Origin: Alphaproteobacteria bacterium
GTDB lineage: Bacteria; Pseudomonadota; Alphaproteobacteria; UBA8366
Direction of reading: 5' to 3'
Assembly: GCA_009377445.1 (NCBI GenBank)
Contig: WHUA01000004.1
Location: 215,630-279,629, forward strand
DNA: 64,000 bases
Part shown: piece after piece, positions 39,259-48,634 of the stretch
How positions within the stretch are numbered: position 1 is the first letter of the stretch
How the letters are laid out: the number at the start of each line of letters is the position of its first letter
The notes under the pieces: generated by a model
Databases searched by the model: none
Told to the model about the DNA's origin: nothing
What the model saw: the letters and a program-made list of their open reading frames with translations, nothing else
Program-made: the position numbers and the translations under genes

Positions 39259-40548
39259 ATGACCGAACCAGCAGACCTCGACGTAACTTCAGCGTCCATA
39301 CTGATGGAGAAGGGAAAGTTAACGGCGGAGGCTCTGATGGCTTCATGCCTCGCTCGCGTCGATAAGCGCGAGGACGCGGTACGGGCATGGGCTTATATCG
39401 ACGCTGATCTGGCGATGGCCGCTGCCCGTGCATGTGATCGCGAAACGCGGCGCGGGCCGCTGCATGGCATCCCCATTGGCGTCAAGGACATCGTCGATAC
39501 GTCTGACATGCCAACGACCTATGGCTCGCCCATCTACAACGGTAACCAGCCGGCTGCTGATGCCGCGTGTGTTGCGCTCGCACGAGAGGCAGGGGCCGTT
39601 ATCATGGGAAAGACGGTGTCGACTGAATTTGCCACGCGCCATCCTGGAAAGACCCGAAACCCGCACAACGCCGCGCATACGCCCGGCGGTTCGTCGAGTG
39701 GTTCAGCGGCCGCCGTTGCCGATCACATGGTTCCAGCAGCGTTCGGCACGCAGACAACAGGGTCGGTTATTCGGCCATCTGCCTATTGCGGCATTGTGGG
39801 ATACAAGCCGACATTCGGGAAAATCAACCGGACAGGGGTAAAGCCCCTGTCTGATACAATGGACACGGTCGGACTCCATGCCCGATCTGTCCCGGACATC
39901 GCCCTGATCCTTTCGGTGATTTCCGGACAGTCTTTCCCGGACCTCAAGGTTGTAGCCGAGGAAATGCGCCCCTGGCGCATTGGGATTTGCCGGACTCCAT
40001 ACTGGGACCGCGCCGACGCCGCAACTCATGCGCTCCTCGACCAGGTCGCGGACCGATTGGGGCGTGCTGGCTCTAAAGTCCGGGAGGTTGTTCTGCCAGA
40101 ACCATTTCCGGATGCATTTCATGCCCAAGACGTGATCAACGAGTTCGACACATGGCGGGCGCTCGCATTCGAACGAACACGCCATCCGGAAAAGCTATCA
40201 ACGACGTTGTCTGAGCGACTGGCCCGTGCGGGGCGGCGCAGTGCAGCTGAGTACACCGCTGCGCATAACCTTGCGACCAAGTGTCGCGGACTTGCCGATG
40301 AAATGTACTCGGAATGGGATGTTCTTGTCGTGCCTGCCGCGCCCGGGGAGGCGCCCAACGGATTGGGTTCCACGGGCGACCCAATCTTCAACCAGCTTTG
40401 GACTCTTTTACACGGCCCGGCGGTTACTATACCGGCTGGCCATGGCCCTTCGGGATTACCCTTAGGCATACAGTTGGTTGGCCCCCGCGGTCATGATTTG
40501 CGGGTGCTCGCTTGTGCGAACTGGGCCGCAGATTTTTTGGCATGTTGA
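39259..40548 (+). CDS. amidase (amidase-signature family), copy 1
   Basis: ORF 39226.. begins at a TTG. ATG 39259 gives MTEPADL. LHGIPIGVKD, GGSSSGSAAAVA, GTQTTGSVIRPSAYCGIVGYKPT (Ser-cisSer-Lys triad context). Confidence 0.85.
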   Translation: MTEPADLDVTSASILMEKGKLTAEALMASCLARVDKREDAVRAWAYIDADLAMAAARACDRETRRGPLHGIPIGVKDIVDTSDMPTTYGSPIYNGNQPAADAACVALAREAGAVIMGKTVSTEFATRHPGKTRNPHNAAHTPGGSSSGSAAAVADHMVPAAFGTQTTGSVIRPSAYCGIVGYKPTFGKINRTGVKPLSDTMDTVGLHARSVPDIALILSVISGQSFPDLKVVAEEMRPWRIGICRTPYWDRADAATHALLDQVADRLGRAGSKVREVVLPEPFPDAFHAQDVINEFDTWRALAFERTRHPEKLSTTLSERLARAGRRSAAEYTAAHNLATKCRGLADEMYSEWDVLVVPAAPGEAPNGLGSTGDPIFNQLWTLLHGPAVTIPAGHGPSGLPLGIQLVGPRGHDLRVLACANWAADFLAC

Positions 40549-40867
40549 TCCCCAAGCCGTAACATGAGAAGCCATTCCTCAGTCTGCGGGCGGCAAATTT
40601 GAAGATGTCTGCAAATTGGCTATAGTCGCTATTGCAAGCGCGCAATGACCTGCGCGCTGCCAGACGCCTTCCCGGCCTCCGAACCCGATTTCGGCTGCCG
40701 ACAATAATTAGCGCACTCCGGTGCCATAACGGATCTGGCATTTTCATCCGCCACGCTCTCGCGGGCGATAGTGGGTCTAAGAATTTGCAATTGTTGATGC
40801 CGACGGGCCACCGGCAGCTTTGGGGAGTTTGCAGTCTTGCGTTCACGTAGCAGCATAGTTCTGATTT

Positions 40868-41821
40868 ATGGCTAACTATATTCTCCGGCGCCTTCTGTAT
40901 GCGATTCCGATTGCGATCGGCGTCACGGTCATTTGCTTTTCCCTGATTTATCTCGGACCAAGCGACCCGATAGCGGCGGTCATGCCAGACGAAGCATCCG
41001 CCGCAGACGTCCAGCGGATTCGCGAGGCTTACGGGTTCGACAAGCCGGTGCCGGTCCAGTATGCGCTATGGCTGATGCGCGCGGTGCAAGGCGATTTCGG
41101 TAATTCGCTGCAATCCAACCGGCCTGTCCTCGATGAACTAATCCCGGCGCTCCAAAACACCTTGCGCCTTGCCGTCTTCGCCGCCGCGCTGAGTTTCGCG
41201 ATTGCCGTCGTCGTCGGCAGCGTGGCTGCCTATTCTCAGGGAACCTGGCTCGACAAAACAGTGACGTCGTTCGCAATCACGGGGGTCAGCGTGCCCCATT
41301 ATTGGGTGGCGATCATGCTGGTCATTGTTTTCGCTGTCGAGCTCGGATGGCTTCCGGCCATGGGCATGGGTACGGGCAGCTCGCGCGACTGGGCCTGGGA
41401 CGCTGAACACATGAAGGCGCTCATACTGCCGGTAATCTCGCTTTCTCTAATTCCAGCCGGAATCATCACGCGCACCACCCGCGCAAGCGTCCTTGAAGTG
41501 CTGAGCCACGATTACGTCGAGACGCTACGCGCGAAGGGGCTGTCGGAAGCGACGGTGCTGCGCCACGTCCTGAAGAACGCCTCGCCGACCGTGCTCGCGG
41601 TGACGGGACTTCAGTTCGGCCATCTGCTGGGAGGCTCTATCCTCATCGAAACGGTTTTTGTCTGGCCGGGTACGGGCTTTCTGCTCAATGAATCCATTTT
41701 CAAGCGCGATCTGCCAGTGCTGCAGGGCACGATTCTCGTCCTCGCCATGTTCTTTGTTTTCGTGAATCTTACAGTGGATATCATGCAGACTTGGCTTGAT
41801 CCCCGCATCAAGAGAGACTGA
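40868..41821 (+). CDS. ABC transporter permease (DppB/OppB-like)
   Basis: 317 aa. MANYILRRLLYAIPIAIGVT..., ...DYVETLRAKGLSE, typical of peptide/nickel-type permeases. Confidence 0.9.
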   Translation: MANYILRRLLYAIPIAIGVTVICFSLIYLGPSDPIAAVMPDEASAADVQRIREAYGFDKPVPVQYALWLMRAVQGDFGNSLQSNRPVLDELIPALQNTLRLAVFAAALSFAIAVVVGSVAAYSQGTWLDKTVTSFAITGVSVPHYWVAIMLVIVFAVELGWLPAMGMGTGSSRDWAWDAEHMKALILPVISLSLIPAGIITRTTRASVLEVLSHDYVETLRAKGLSEATVLRHVLKNASPTVLAVTGLQFGHLLGGSILIETVFVWPGTGFLLNESIFKRDLPVLQGTILVLAMFFVFVNLTVDIMQTWLDPRIKRD

Positions 41822-41823
41822 TT

Positions 41824-42759
41824 ATGGTAGATACCAAATCCGTCGCTTGGACCGATAGCATGTCAGCTGACAGTGTGGCGGCTGCACAGGCCGGGGAGAT
41901 TCCCATCGGTCAGCTTCGGTCGCGCGGGTACTGGCGCTCCGTTTGGGTGCGCTTGCGCCGTGACAAGGTTTCCGTTGCCTGCGCCGCCGTCCTCATTCTG
42001 ATTGCGCTATCGGCGATTTTCGCCCCCCTGCTGTCGCCGCACGACCCATATCAAGGAAACGTCGTCAAGCGCCTGGCGCCGATCGGCACAGCCGGCTACC
42101 TACTCGGCACCGACGAACTGGGCCGCGATATGCTCTCTCGCTTGCTCTACGGCGGGCGCGTATCGCTCTTCATCGGGCTTTTCCCTGTCTTCTGCGCGCT
42201 CATTGTTGGCGGTACAGCCGGCATCGCCGCCGGTTTCATCGGAGGCCGGACCAACATGGCGATCATGCGCCTTATGGACGTTTTCTATGCGTTCCCGTCC
42301 ATCCTCCTGGCGATTGCGATTTCTGGTGCGCTGGGCGGCGGCTTCTCTAATGTCATCCTGGCACTGGCGCTGATCCTGGTTCCGCCGATCACGCGCGTCG
42401 CCGAAAGTGTGACGACCCAGGTTCGCAGTTACGACTTTGTGGAAGCTGCGCGGGCCAGCGGTGCTGGGACATGGACGATCATCCGTGTGCATGTGCTCAG
42501 CAACGTCCTTGGACCGATATTCATTTATACGACAAGTCTTATAAGCTTCAGCATCATCGTCGCCTCGGGCCTCAGCTTCCTCGGCCTCGGCGTCACGCCC
42601 CCGACGGCAGACTGGGGACTGATGCTGAGCACGCTACGCCAAGCGATCTGGATCAACCCTTATGCCGCGGCTCTTCCAGGTTTGATGATCTTCGTCACGT
42701 CCCTTTCCTTCAATCTGCTCAGCGACGGGCTGCGCAGCGCGATGGATGTGAGACTATGA
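41824..42759 (+). CDS. ABC transporter permease (DppC/OppC-like)
   Basis: 311 aa. ...LLGTDELGRDMLSRLLYG..., ...FVEAARASGAG. Confidence 0.9.
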   Translation: MVDTKSVAWTDSMSADSVAAAQAGEIPIGQLRSRGYWRSVWVRLRRDKVSVACAAVLILIALSAIFAPLLSPHDPYQGNVVKRLAPIGTAGYLLGTDELGRDMLSRLLYGGRVSLFIGLFPVFCALIVGGTAGIAAGFIGGRTNMAIMRLMDVFYAFPSILLAIAISGALGGGFSNVILALALILVPPITRVAESVTTQVRSYDFVEAARASGAGTWTIIRVHVLSNVLGPIFIYTTSLISFSIIVASGLSFLGLGVTPPTADWGLMLSTLRQAIWINPYAAALPGLMIFVTSLSFNLLSDGLRSAMDVRL

Positions 42760-43856
42760 GTGATTGCAGAAAGAACATTCGCCGCGAGCCCGTAACAACC
42801 TGCCCGCCGGCGCCGACGGAGAGCCAACCTTTATTATCTGTGAAGGGGCTGCGCAAATACTTCCCAGTAAAGGGAGGGCTTCTCAAACGGCAGATCGCCG
42901 CCATACAAGCAGTCGACGACGTGTCCTTCGAGGTCCGGCGGGGTGAGGTGCTGGGAATCGTCGGTGAATCCGGGTGTGGCAAGTCGACCACGGCCCGGCT
43001 CCTGATGCGGCTTATCGAACCGGACGCCGGGCAAGTGATCTTTGATGGCAAGGAGGTCGGCATGCGCGACGGCATGACAGTCACCGACCTGCGGCGTCAC
43101 GCTCAGATGGTGTTCCAAGACTCCTATTCCTCGCTCAATCCACGCCTTCCTGTGGAGGATACGATCGCCTTTGGCCCCGTGGTCCACGGCACAGCCAGAA
43201 GCAAGGCGAAGGAACGCGCGCGGTATCTCCTGAACGAAGTCGGGCTAGACCCATCTCGGTTTGGCAGGCGCTACCCGCACGAACTTTCGGGCGGTCAGCG
43301 TCAGCGCATCAACATTGCACGCGCGCTGGCGCTGCAGCCACAGATGGTCTTCCTGGACGAGGCCGTGTCCGCATTGGATAAGTCGGTGGAAGCGCAGGTA
43401 CTCAATCTCCTGCTTGATTTGCGGGAGGAATTCAATCTGACCTACGTCTTCATATCCCACGACCTCAACGTGGTTCAATACATCAGTGATCGCGTGCTTG
43501 TGATGTACCTCGGCAAGGTCGTGGAGGTCGGTCCTATTGGTGATGTGTATAAGGAACCGGCGCATCCCTACACCCACGCGCTGCTGTCTTCCCGTCCGTC
43601 GATGGACCCGGAGGACCGCAAAAAAGAGTCGCCGTTGTCTGGCGATCCGCCGACGCCGATCAATCCGCCGTCGGGCTGCCGCTTCAGAACCCGATGTGCA
43701 TTTGCCGAAGACGTGTGCGCAAGAGCCGTTCCCGCACTCACGCCGATTCGCGCCGACGGCAGTTGGCTGGCGGCCTGTCACATGATTATTCCCGGCTCGG
43801 GCCACAGCAGGGCTGCTGCCATTAATGAGGCAACGACCGGAGGCACGAATGGCTGA
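42756..43856 (+). CDS. ABC transporter ATP-binding protein (DppF/OppF-like)
   Basis: In frame in ORF 42471..43856. ATG 42756 overlaps the permease stop. GESGCGKST, LSGGQRQRINIARAL, C-terminal PPSGCRFRTRC. Confidence 0.9.
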   Translation: MSDCRKNIRREPVTTCPPAPTESQPLLSVKGLRKYFPVKGGLLKRQIAAIQAVDDVSFEVRRGEVLGIVGESGCGKSTTARLLMRLIEPDAGQVIFDGKEVGMRDGMTVTDLRRHAQMVFQDSYSSLNPRLPVEDTIAFGPVVHGTARSKAKERARYLLNEVGLDPSRFGRRYPHELSGGQRQRINIARALALQPQMVFLDEAVSALDKSVEAQVLNLLLDLREEFNLTYVFISHDLNVVQYISDRVLVMYLGKVVEVGPIGDVYKEPAHPYTHALLSSRPSMDPEDRKKESPLSGDPPTPINPPSGCRFRTRCAFAEDVCARAVPALTPIRADGSWLAACHMIIPGSGHSRAAAINEATTGGTNG

Positions 43857-44880
43857 GACAATGGGCCTCGTGCAAGACGTAAGCGCCACGCCTTCGAGAG
43901 TGCCGCCAATTGTGCAGGTCGATGACCTGCACGTTCGCTTCGTCAGCAAGGATGCCACCGTCTATGCGGTGAACGGCGTGAGCTTCACGCTCGACCCCGG
44001 CGAAGTGCTTTGTATTCTCGGCGAGTCCGGATCCGGCAAGAGCGTAACACTAAGGGCGCTTATGCGATTGCTGCCGCGCAAGCGCGCTGTCATCAATGGT
44101 CGCGTCATTGTCGACGGACACGACATCCTTTCGCTCTCGACCTCCGCCCTTTCCCGCGTACGGGGCGAGATTGTGTCGATGATCTTCCAGGAACCAATGA
44201 CGGCGCTCGACCCGGTTTATTCGATCGGGGAACAGATCACCGAGACCGTTCGTCGGCATGAGAAGATTGGCCGCGCGGCGGCCGAGGCGCGTGCGTTGGA
44301 GTTGCTCGAACTGGTTCAGATACCGTCTGCCAAGCGGCGCCTCAAAGCCTTTCCACACGAACTTTCAGGCGGACTACGTCAGCGGGCGATGATCGCGATC
44401 GCCCTTTCCTGCCGCCCGCGCGTTTTACTTGCCGACGAGCCGACAACCGCCCTCGACGCGACTGTGCAGATTCAGATCCTGCTGTTGCTGCGCCAGTTGC
44501 AAAAAGAGCTCGGGATGAGTGTCATATTCGTGACCCACGACCTCGGCGTAGCAGGTGAAATTGCCGATCGGATCACCGTCATGTATGGTGGCCGATTCGT
44601 CGAAGAGGGGCCGACGACCGCGGTTATGCGCGATCCGCTTCATCCCTATACCCGGGGTTTGCTTGCTTCCACGGTGCATGGACAGATGCACCGTGAGCGC
44701 CTGCGGACGATCGAAGGCTCGCCGCCGAACATGGAGATGCTGCCCGCCGCCTGTAGCTTCGCGCCGCGCTGTCGCTACGCCGTCGACAGATGCCTCGAGG
44801 GTGTGCCCGACCTGCACCGGCCATTTCCCAATCGCAGTGCCCGCTGCATCCGTCTCGAGGAAATCGGCTCAATGACGTGA
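43849..44880 (+). CDS. ABC transporter ATP-binding protein (DppD/OppD-like)
   Basis: ATG 43849 (GGAGG SD), 8-nt overlap with the previous gene. GESGSGKSV, LSGGLRQRAMIAIAL, ...PAACSFAPRC. Confidence 0.9.
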   Translation: MAETMGLVQDVSATPSRVPPIVQVDDLHVRFVSKDATVYAVNGVSFTLDPGEVLCILGESGSGKSVTLRALMRLLPRKRAVINGRVIVDGHDILSLSTSALSRVRGEIVSMIFQEPMTALDPVYSIGEQITETVRRHEKIGRAAAEARALELLELVQIPSAKRRLKAFPHELSGGLRQRAMIAIALSCRPRVLLADEPTTALDATVQIQILLLLRQLQKELGMSVIFVTHDLGVAGEIADRITVMYGGRFVEEGPTTAVMRDPLHPYTRGLLASTVHGQMHRERLRTIEGSPPNMEMLPAACSFAPRCRYAVDRCLEGVPDLHRPFPNRSARCIRLEEIGSMT

Positions 44881-44986
44881 TGTAAACCGGAACCACGCTT
44901 AGTACAGATTCCAAAGACGTATTGTTTGTACCGCTGTCCACGGAGTTTATGGAGTTCGCCCGCGCGAACGGAAAAGGATATCTGAA

Positions 44987-46645
44987 ATGCCCAACGCCCA
45001 ACAATCATCGGACACCGACCTGCATTCGTTGACGATTGCCGATGCCTCACGGCTGATCGAGCGCCGGAAGCTGTCACCGGTAGAGCTTACTGAAGCACGG
45101 CTGCGGCGGATCGAAGCCCTCGACCCGCAGCTCGACGCGTTTATCACGCTCACGGCGGAGCGTGCGATCGATGAGGCCCGGAATGCCGAACGTGAGATCG
45201 TGGCAGGCAAATATCGCGGGCCGTTGCACGGCATTCCCTTTGCCCTCAAGGATATCTATTGCACCAAGGGGATTCTGACCACCGGCCATTCCAAGATTTG
45301 CGCTAATTTCGTGCCGAACGAGGATGCGACGACCGTGCGCAAGTTGAGCGAGGCGGGCGGTGTCCTGTTCGGCAAGCTGGCAACGCATGAATTCGCCCAC
45401 GGCGGCCCTTCCTTCGACCTGCCTTGGGCGCCGGCGCGCAACCCCTGGAACCGCGAGCACTTTACCGGCGGATCATCGAGCGGCTCAGGCGCCGCGGTTG
45501 CCGCCGGCTTCGTCATGGGGGCCATGGGCTCGGATACGGGTGGCTCGATTCGCAACCCCGCCGCGCTGTGCGGGCTCGTCGGATTGAAGCCGACCTACGG
45601 CCTCGTGAGCCGGTATGGCATCTATGCCAATTCCTTTACCTATGACCATGCCGGCCCGCTTACATGGAGCGTGGAGGACTGCGCGATCATGATGCAGACG
45701 CTCGCCGGCCACGATGTGTGCGACCCGGCGAGCGCGGACCGGCCCGTGCCTGACTATCGGGCGGATCTGACGAAGGACATCAAAGGCCTGAAGATTGGCG
45801 TCTTGCGTTATTTCTACGAAGAGGACGTGCCGGTTGCCGCCGCCACGAAGCAGGCGCTAGAGGCCGCCTATGACGTACTGAAGTCGTTGGGCGCAATTCT
45901 CGAGGATGTGCGCATCCGGCCGGCTCAGGATTACTACGACGTCAAGATCGTGTCGGCCGAATCCGAGCTCTTCGCCGTCCACGATCGCAATCTGCGCACA
46001 CGTGCGGGCGACTTCGGGGAGGATTTCCTCGGCCGATCGCTCGCTGCAATTTTCGTCCGCGGCGGTGACTATGTCCAGGCAATGCGGGAACGCCGCCGCA
46101 TGGTTGCCGAGATGGCCCCGATCTACGAGAAATACGACCTTCTCCTTACGGCCGCCCCCGGCCCGGCGCCACGCTTCGAGGCTTGGCGTACAATCCACTT
46201 CTGGCAGAAGCCATCGTTGACGACGCCATTCAACGTCACGGGCGGGCCGGCGCTAGTCCAGTGCATCGGCTTCACGAGCGACGGGCTACCGTTGTCGATG
46301 CAATTTGTTGGGCGGCCTTTTGATGACGCCTTGGTGATGCGCGTTGCCCACGCTTATGAACAGGCGACGCCGTGGCGCAAACGCCGGCCGGCGCTCGATC
46401 CGTCTGCTGCATTCTCCGCCGACCTGCCGCCTCTGCCGGCACCGGAAAAGGCGACGATCAGCGAGCGCGAAAGGGACGAAGTTGCGGTCATTTGTCGGCG
46501 TGCCGGCCTCAATCTCAGCGAGCGGGTATTCGAGCAACTGTGCGCGACCGCACCCTACATCGAGGCGATGGTCGGGCGTCTGCGCCGCGACCGCACCTTC
46601 GCCGAAGAGCCAATGAACGTGTTCCAATTTCCCAGCCACGGCTAG
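44987..46645 (+). CDS. amidase (amidase-signature family), copy 2, with ~80-aa C-terminal GatC/AtzG-like extension
   Basis: 552 aa. LHGIPFALKD, GGSSSGSGAAVA, GSDTGGSIRNPAALCGLVGLKPT. Extra tail ...RRAGLNLSERVFEQLCATAPYIEAMVGRLRRDRTFAEEPMNVFQF. Confidence 0.85.
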   Translation: MPNAQQSSDTDLHSLTIADASRLIERRKLSPVELTEARLRRIEALDPQLDAFITLTAERAIDEARNAEREIVAGKYRGPLHGIPFALKDIYCTKGILTTGHSKICANFVPNEDATTVRKLSEAGGVLFGKLATHEFAHGGPSFDLPWAPARNPWNREHFTGGSSSGSGAAVAAGFVMGAMGSDTGGSIRNPAALCGLVGLKPTYGLVSRYGIYANSFTYDHAGPLTWSVEDCAIMMQTLAGHDVCDPASADRPVPDYRADLTKDIKGLKIGVLRYFYEEDVPVAAATKQALEAAYDVLKSLGAILEDVRIRPAQDYYDVKIVSAESELFAVHDRNLRTRAGDFGEDFLGRSLAAIFVRGGDYVQAMRERRRMVAEMAPIYEKYDLLLTAAPGPAPRFEAWRTIHFWQKPSLTTPFNVTGGPALVQCIGFTSDGLPLSMQFVGRPFDDALVMRVAHAYEQATPWRKRRPALDPSAAFSADLPPLPAPEKATISERERDEVAVICRRAGLNLSERVFEQLCATAPYIEAMVGRLRRDRTFAEEPMNVFQFPSHG

Positions 46646-46722
46646 TTCCAGACCATCGCCGCGGCTGCGCCGACGGCGTGAGTCGCGCACGCAAGTAACG
46701 AATGCGACATCAATGAAGGAGT

Positions 46723-48342
46723 ATGGTTATGAATGGAAGTTTTAGACGCCTGACGGTAGGAATCGGCCTCGCAGCGGCGTTTGCCGCATTTTCCAGTTCG
46801 AGCGTTCAAGCGGAAGGAACGCTCACGCTGGGCATGACAGTCGCGGATATCCCGAGCTCTAAGGGGGCCCCAGATCAGGGTGCGGAAGGTATCCGCTGGA
46901 TGGGCTTCACGGTTTATGACTCACTTGTCTACTGGAACCTGAACCAGAGCAAGACCATTCCGGTAATCGTGCCGGCGCTCGCGCACAAATTTTACCCCAA
47001 CCCGGAAAACAACAAAGAATGGATCTTCGAGCTGCGGAAAGACGTGACCTTCCACGACGGCTCCAAATTCAATGCCGATGCGGTAATCTGGAATCTCGAC
47101 AAGCTATTCAAGGAGAAGGCGCCACAGTACGACCTGCAGCAGCGGCGTGCCGTCGCGTGGCGGCTTGCGGGTATAAAGACTTGGCGCAAGATCGATGATT
47201 ACAAGGTCGCTATCGGCGACAATGTGCCGAATGCGTTGATCCCGCATCAAATCGTCTATGTTCACATATCAAGCCCGAAACACTGGGCAGACGTGGGCGG
47301 TTGGGAAGCATTCGCCAAGCATCCTTCGGGCACGGGTCCGTTCAAGGTCGAGGAGATTGTGCCCCGCGAGCGCGCCGTGCTTGTGCGCAATGACAACTAC
47401 TGGGACAAGGACCGCATCCCGAAACTCGACAAGGTGATTCTCTTGCCGATGCCCGAGGCGAGCACGCGAACGGCGGCGATCCTATCCGGGCAGGCTAACT
47501 TTATAGAAGCGCCGTCGCCGGATGCGGTCCCCCGGCTTAAGTCTTCGGGAATGCAAATCATAACCAACCCCTACCCGCATGTTTGGCCATATGTATTGCG
47601 ACTGGCCGGCGAGAATACGCCGATGAAGGATGTACGCGTCCGCAAAGCGCTGAACCTCGCCATAGACCGCGACGCCATTGTCCAGCTGTTGCGGGGAATG
47701 GCTGTTCCGGCCAAGGGCCACGTCCTTCCCGACAGTCCCTGGTTCGGCAATCCCAGTTTCAAGATCGAATACAATCCGGAAAAGGCCAAGGCGCTGCTCA
47801 AGGAAGCCGGCTACGGCCCCGACAAGCCGCTGAAGATCAAATTCATGATCTCGACATCCGGCTCCGGTCAGATGCAGCCGATGCCAATGAACGAGCTCGT
47901 TCAACAGCAGCTGAAAAAGGTCAATGTCGACCTCTCGTTCGAGGTGACCGAGTGGCAAGCGCTGCGCGCCCAACGCGGCAAGGGACCACTTGATCCCGGC
48001 GCACGCGAGATCCACGCTCTCAACAACAGCTTTGGGACTTATGACCCATACAGTGCGTTCGAGCGATTCTTCAGCTGTGACCTGTTGCCGCCAAAGGGTT
48101 TGAACTGGGCGGGCGTTTGCGACGACGAGATACAGGCGCTGATAAAAAAGATCAAAGAGACCTTTGATCCCAAGGAGCAAGACGAGCTCTTGGCAAAGAT
48201 CCACGAGCACGTTGTCGATAACGCATACTGGGTTTGGGTGGTGCACGATGTGAATCCGCGGGCGCTTCGTCCCGAGGTCAAGGGATTCCGACAGGCAAAG
48301 AGCTGGTACCAGGACCTCACCCAGATCTACATCGAAAAGTAG
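46723..48342 (+). CDS. ABC transporter substrate-binding protein (family 5, peptide/nickel type)
   Basis: 539 aa. Signal peptide ...AAFAAFSSSSVQA. ...WIFELRKDVTFHDGSKFNADAVIWN... The ATG at 46729 has better SD spacing (GAAGGAG). Confidence 0.9.
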   Translation: MVMNGSFRRLTVGIGLAAAFAAFSSSSVQAEGTLTLGMTVADIPSSKGAPDQGAEGIRWMGFTVYDSLVYWNLNQSKTIPVIVPALAHKFYPNPENNKEWIFELRKDVTFHDGSKFNADAVIWNLDKLFKEKAPQYDLQQRRAVAWRLAGIKTWRKIDDYKVAIGDNVPNALIPHQIVYVHISSPKHWADVGGWEAFAKHPSGTGPFKVEEIVPRERAVLVRNDNYWDKDRIPKLDKVILLPMPEASTRTAAILSGQANFIEAPSPDAVPRLKSSGMQIITNPYPHVWPYVLRLAGENTPMKDVRVRKALNLAIDRDAIVQLLRGMAVPAKGHVLPDSPWFGNPSFKIEYNPEKAKALLKEAGYGPDKPLKIKFMISTSGSGQMQPMPMNELVQQQLKKVNVDLSFEVTEWQALRAQRGKGPLDPGAREIHALNNSFGTYDPYSAFERFFSCDLLPPKGLNWAGVCDDEIQALIKKIKETFDPKEQDELLAKIHEHVVDNAYWVWVVHDVNPRALRPEVKGFRQAKSWYQDLTQIYIEK

Positions 48343-48422
48343 CCGTTCCGGTTGGCAATGGTGGAAGGCCGCTCCTGGAGGAGCGGCCTTCCGGCCGGCT
48401 CAGCTCGTTGGTGGAGTATGCA

Positions 48423-48629
48423 ATGACGAAAGTATCAGGCGAACTTATCCGCTTGCAAGGAACTCAGCTTCAAGCGAGGACGATTGAACCGGTTCGCGCG
48501 GTGGAGTTGGCGGCGGAACTGGCAGCCATGCACGACGCCGTGTCGAAGGCTGCGGGCGACCTTGGTTTTGATGATGAGCCAAGCGATTTCCAGCAGGCTC
48601 TTTTGCGAAACTCGCGCAAAGAAGGGTAG
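48423..48629 (+). CDS. small (68 aa) GatC/AtzG-like putative amidase partner
   Basis: In frame at the end of ORF 48234..48629. GGTGGAG SD 6 nt before the ATG. Stop is 5 nt before the amidase-3 ATG. ...AAGDLGFDDEPSDFQQAL echoes the EP-x2-F tail of amidase 2. Confidence 0.5.
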   Translation: MTKVSGELIRLQGTQLQARTIEPVRAVELAAELAAMHDAVSKAAGDLGFDDEPSDFQQALLRNSRKEG

Positions 48630-48634
48630 ACGCG

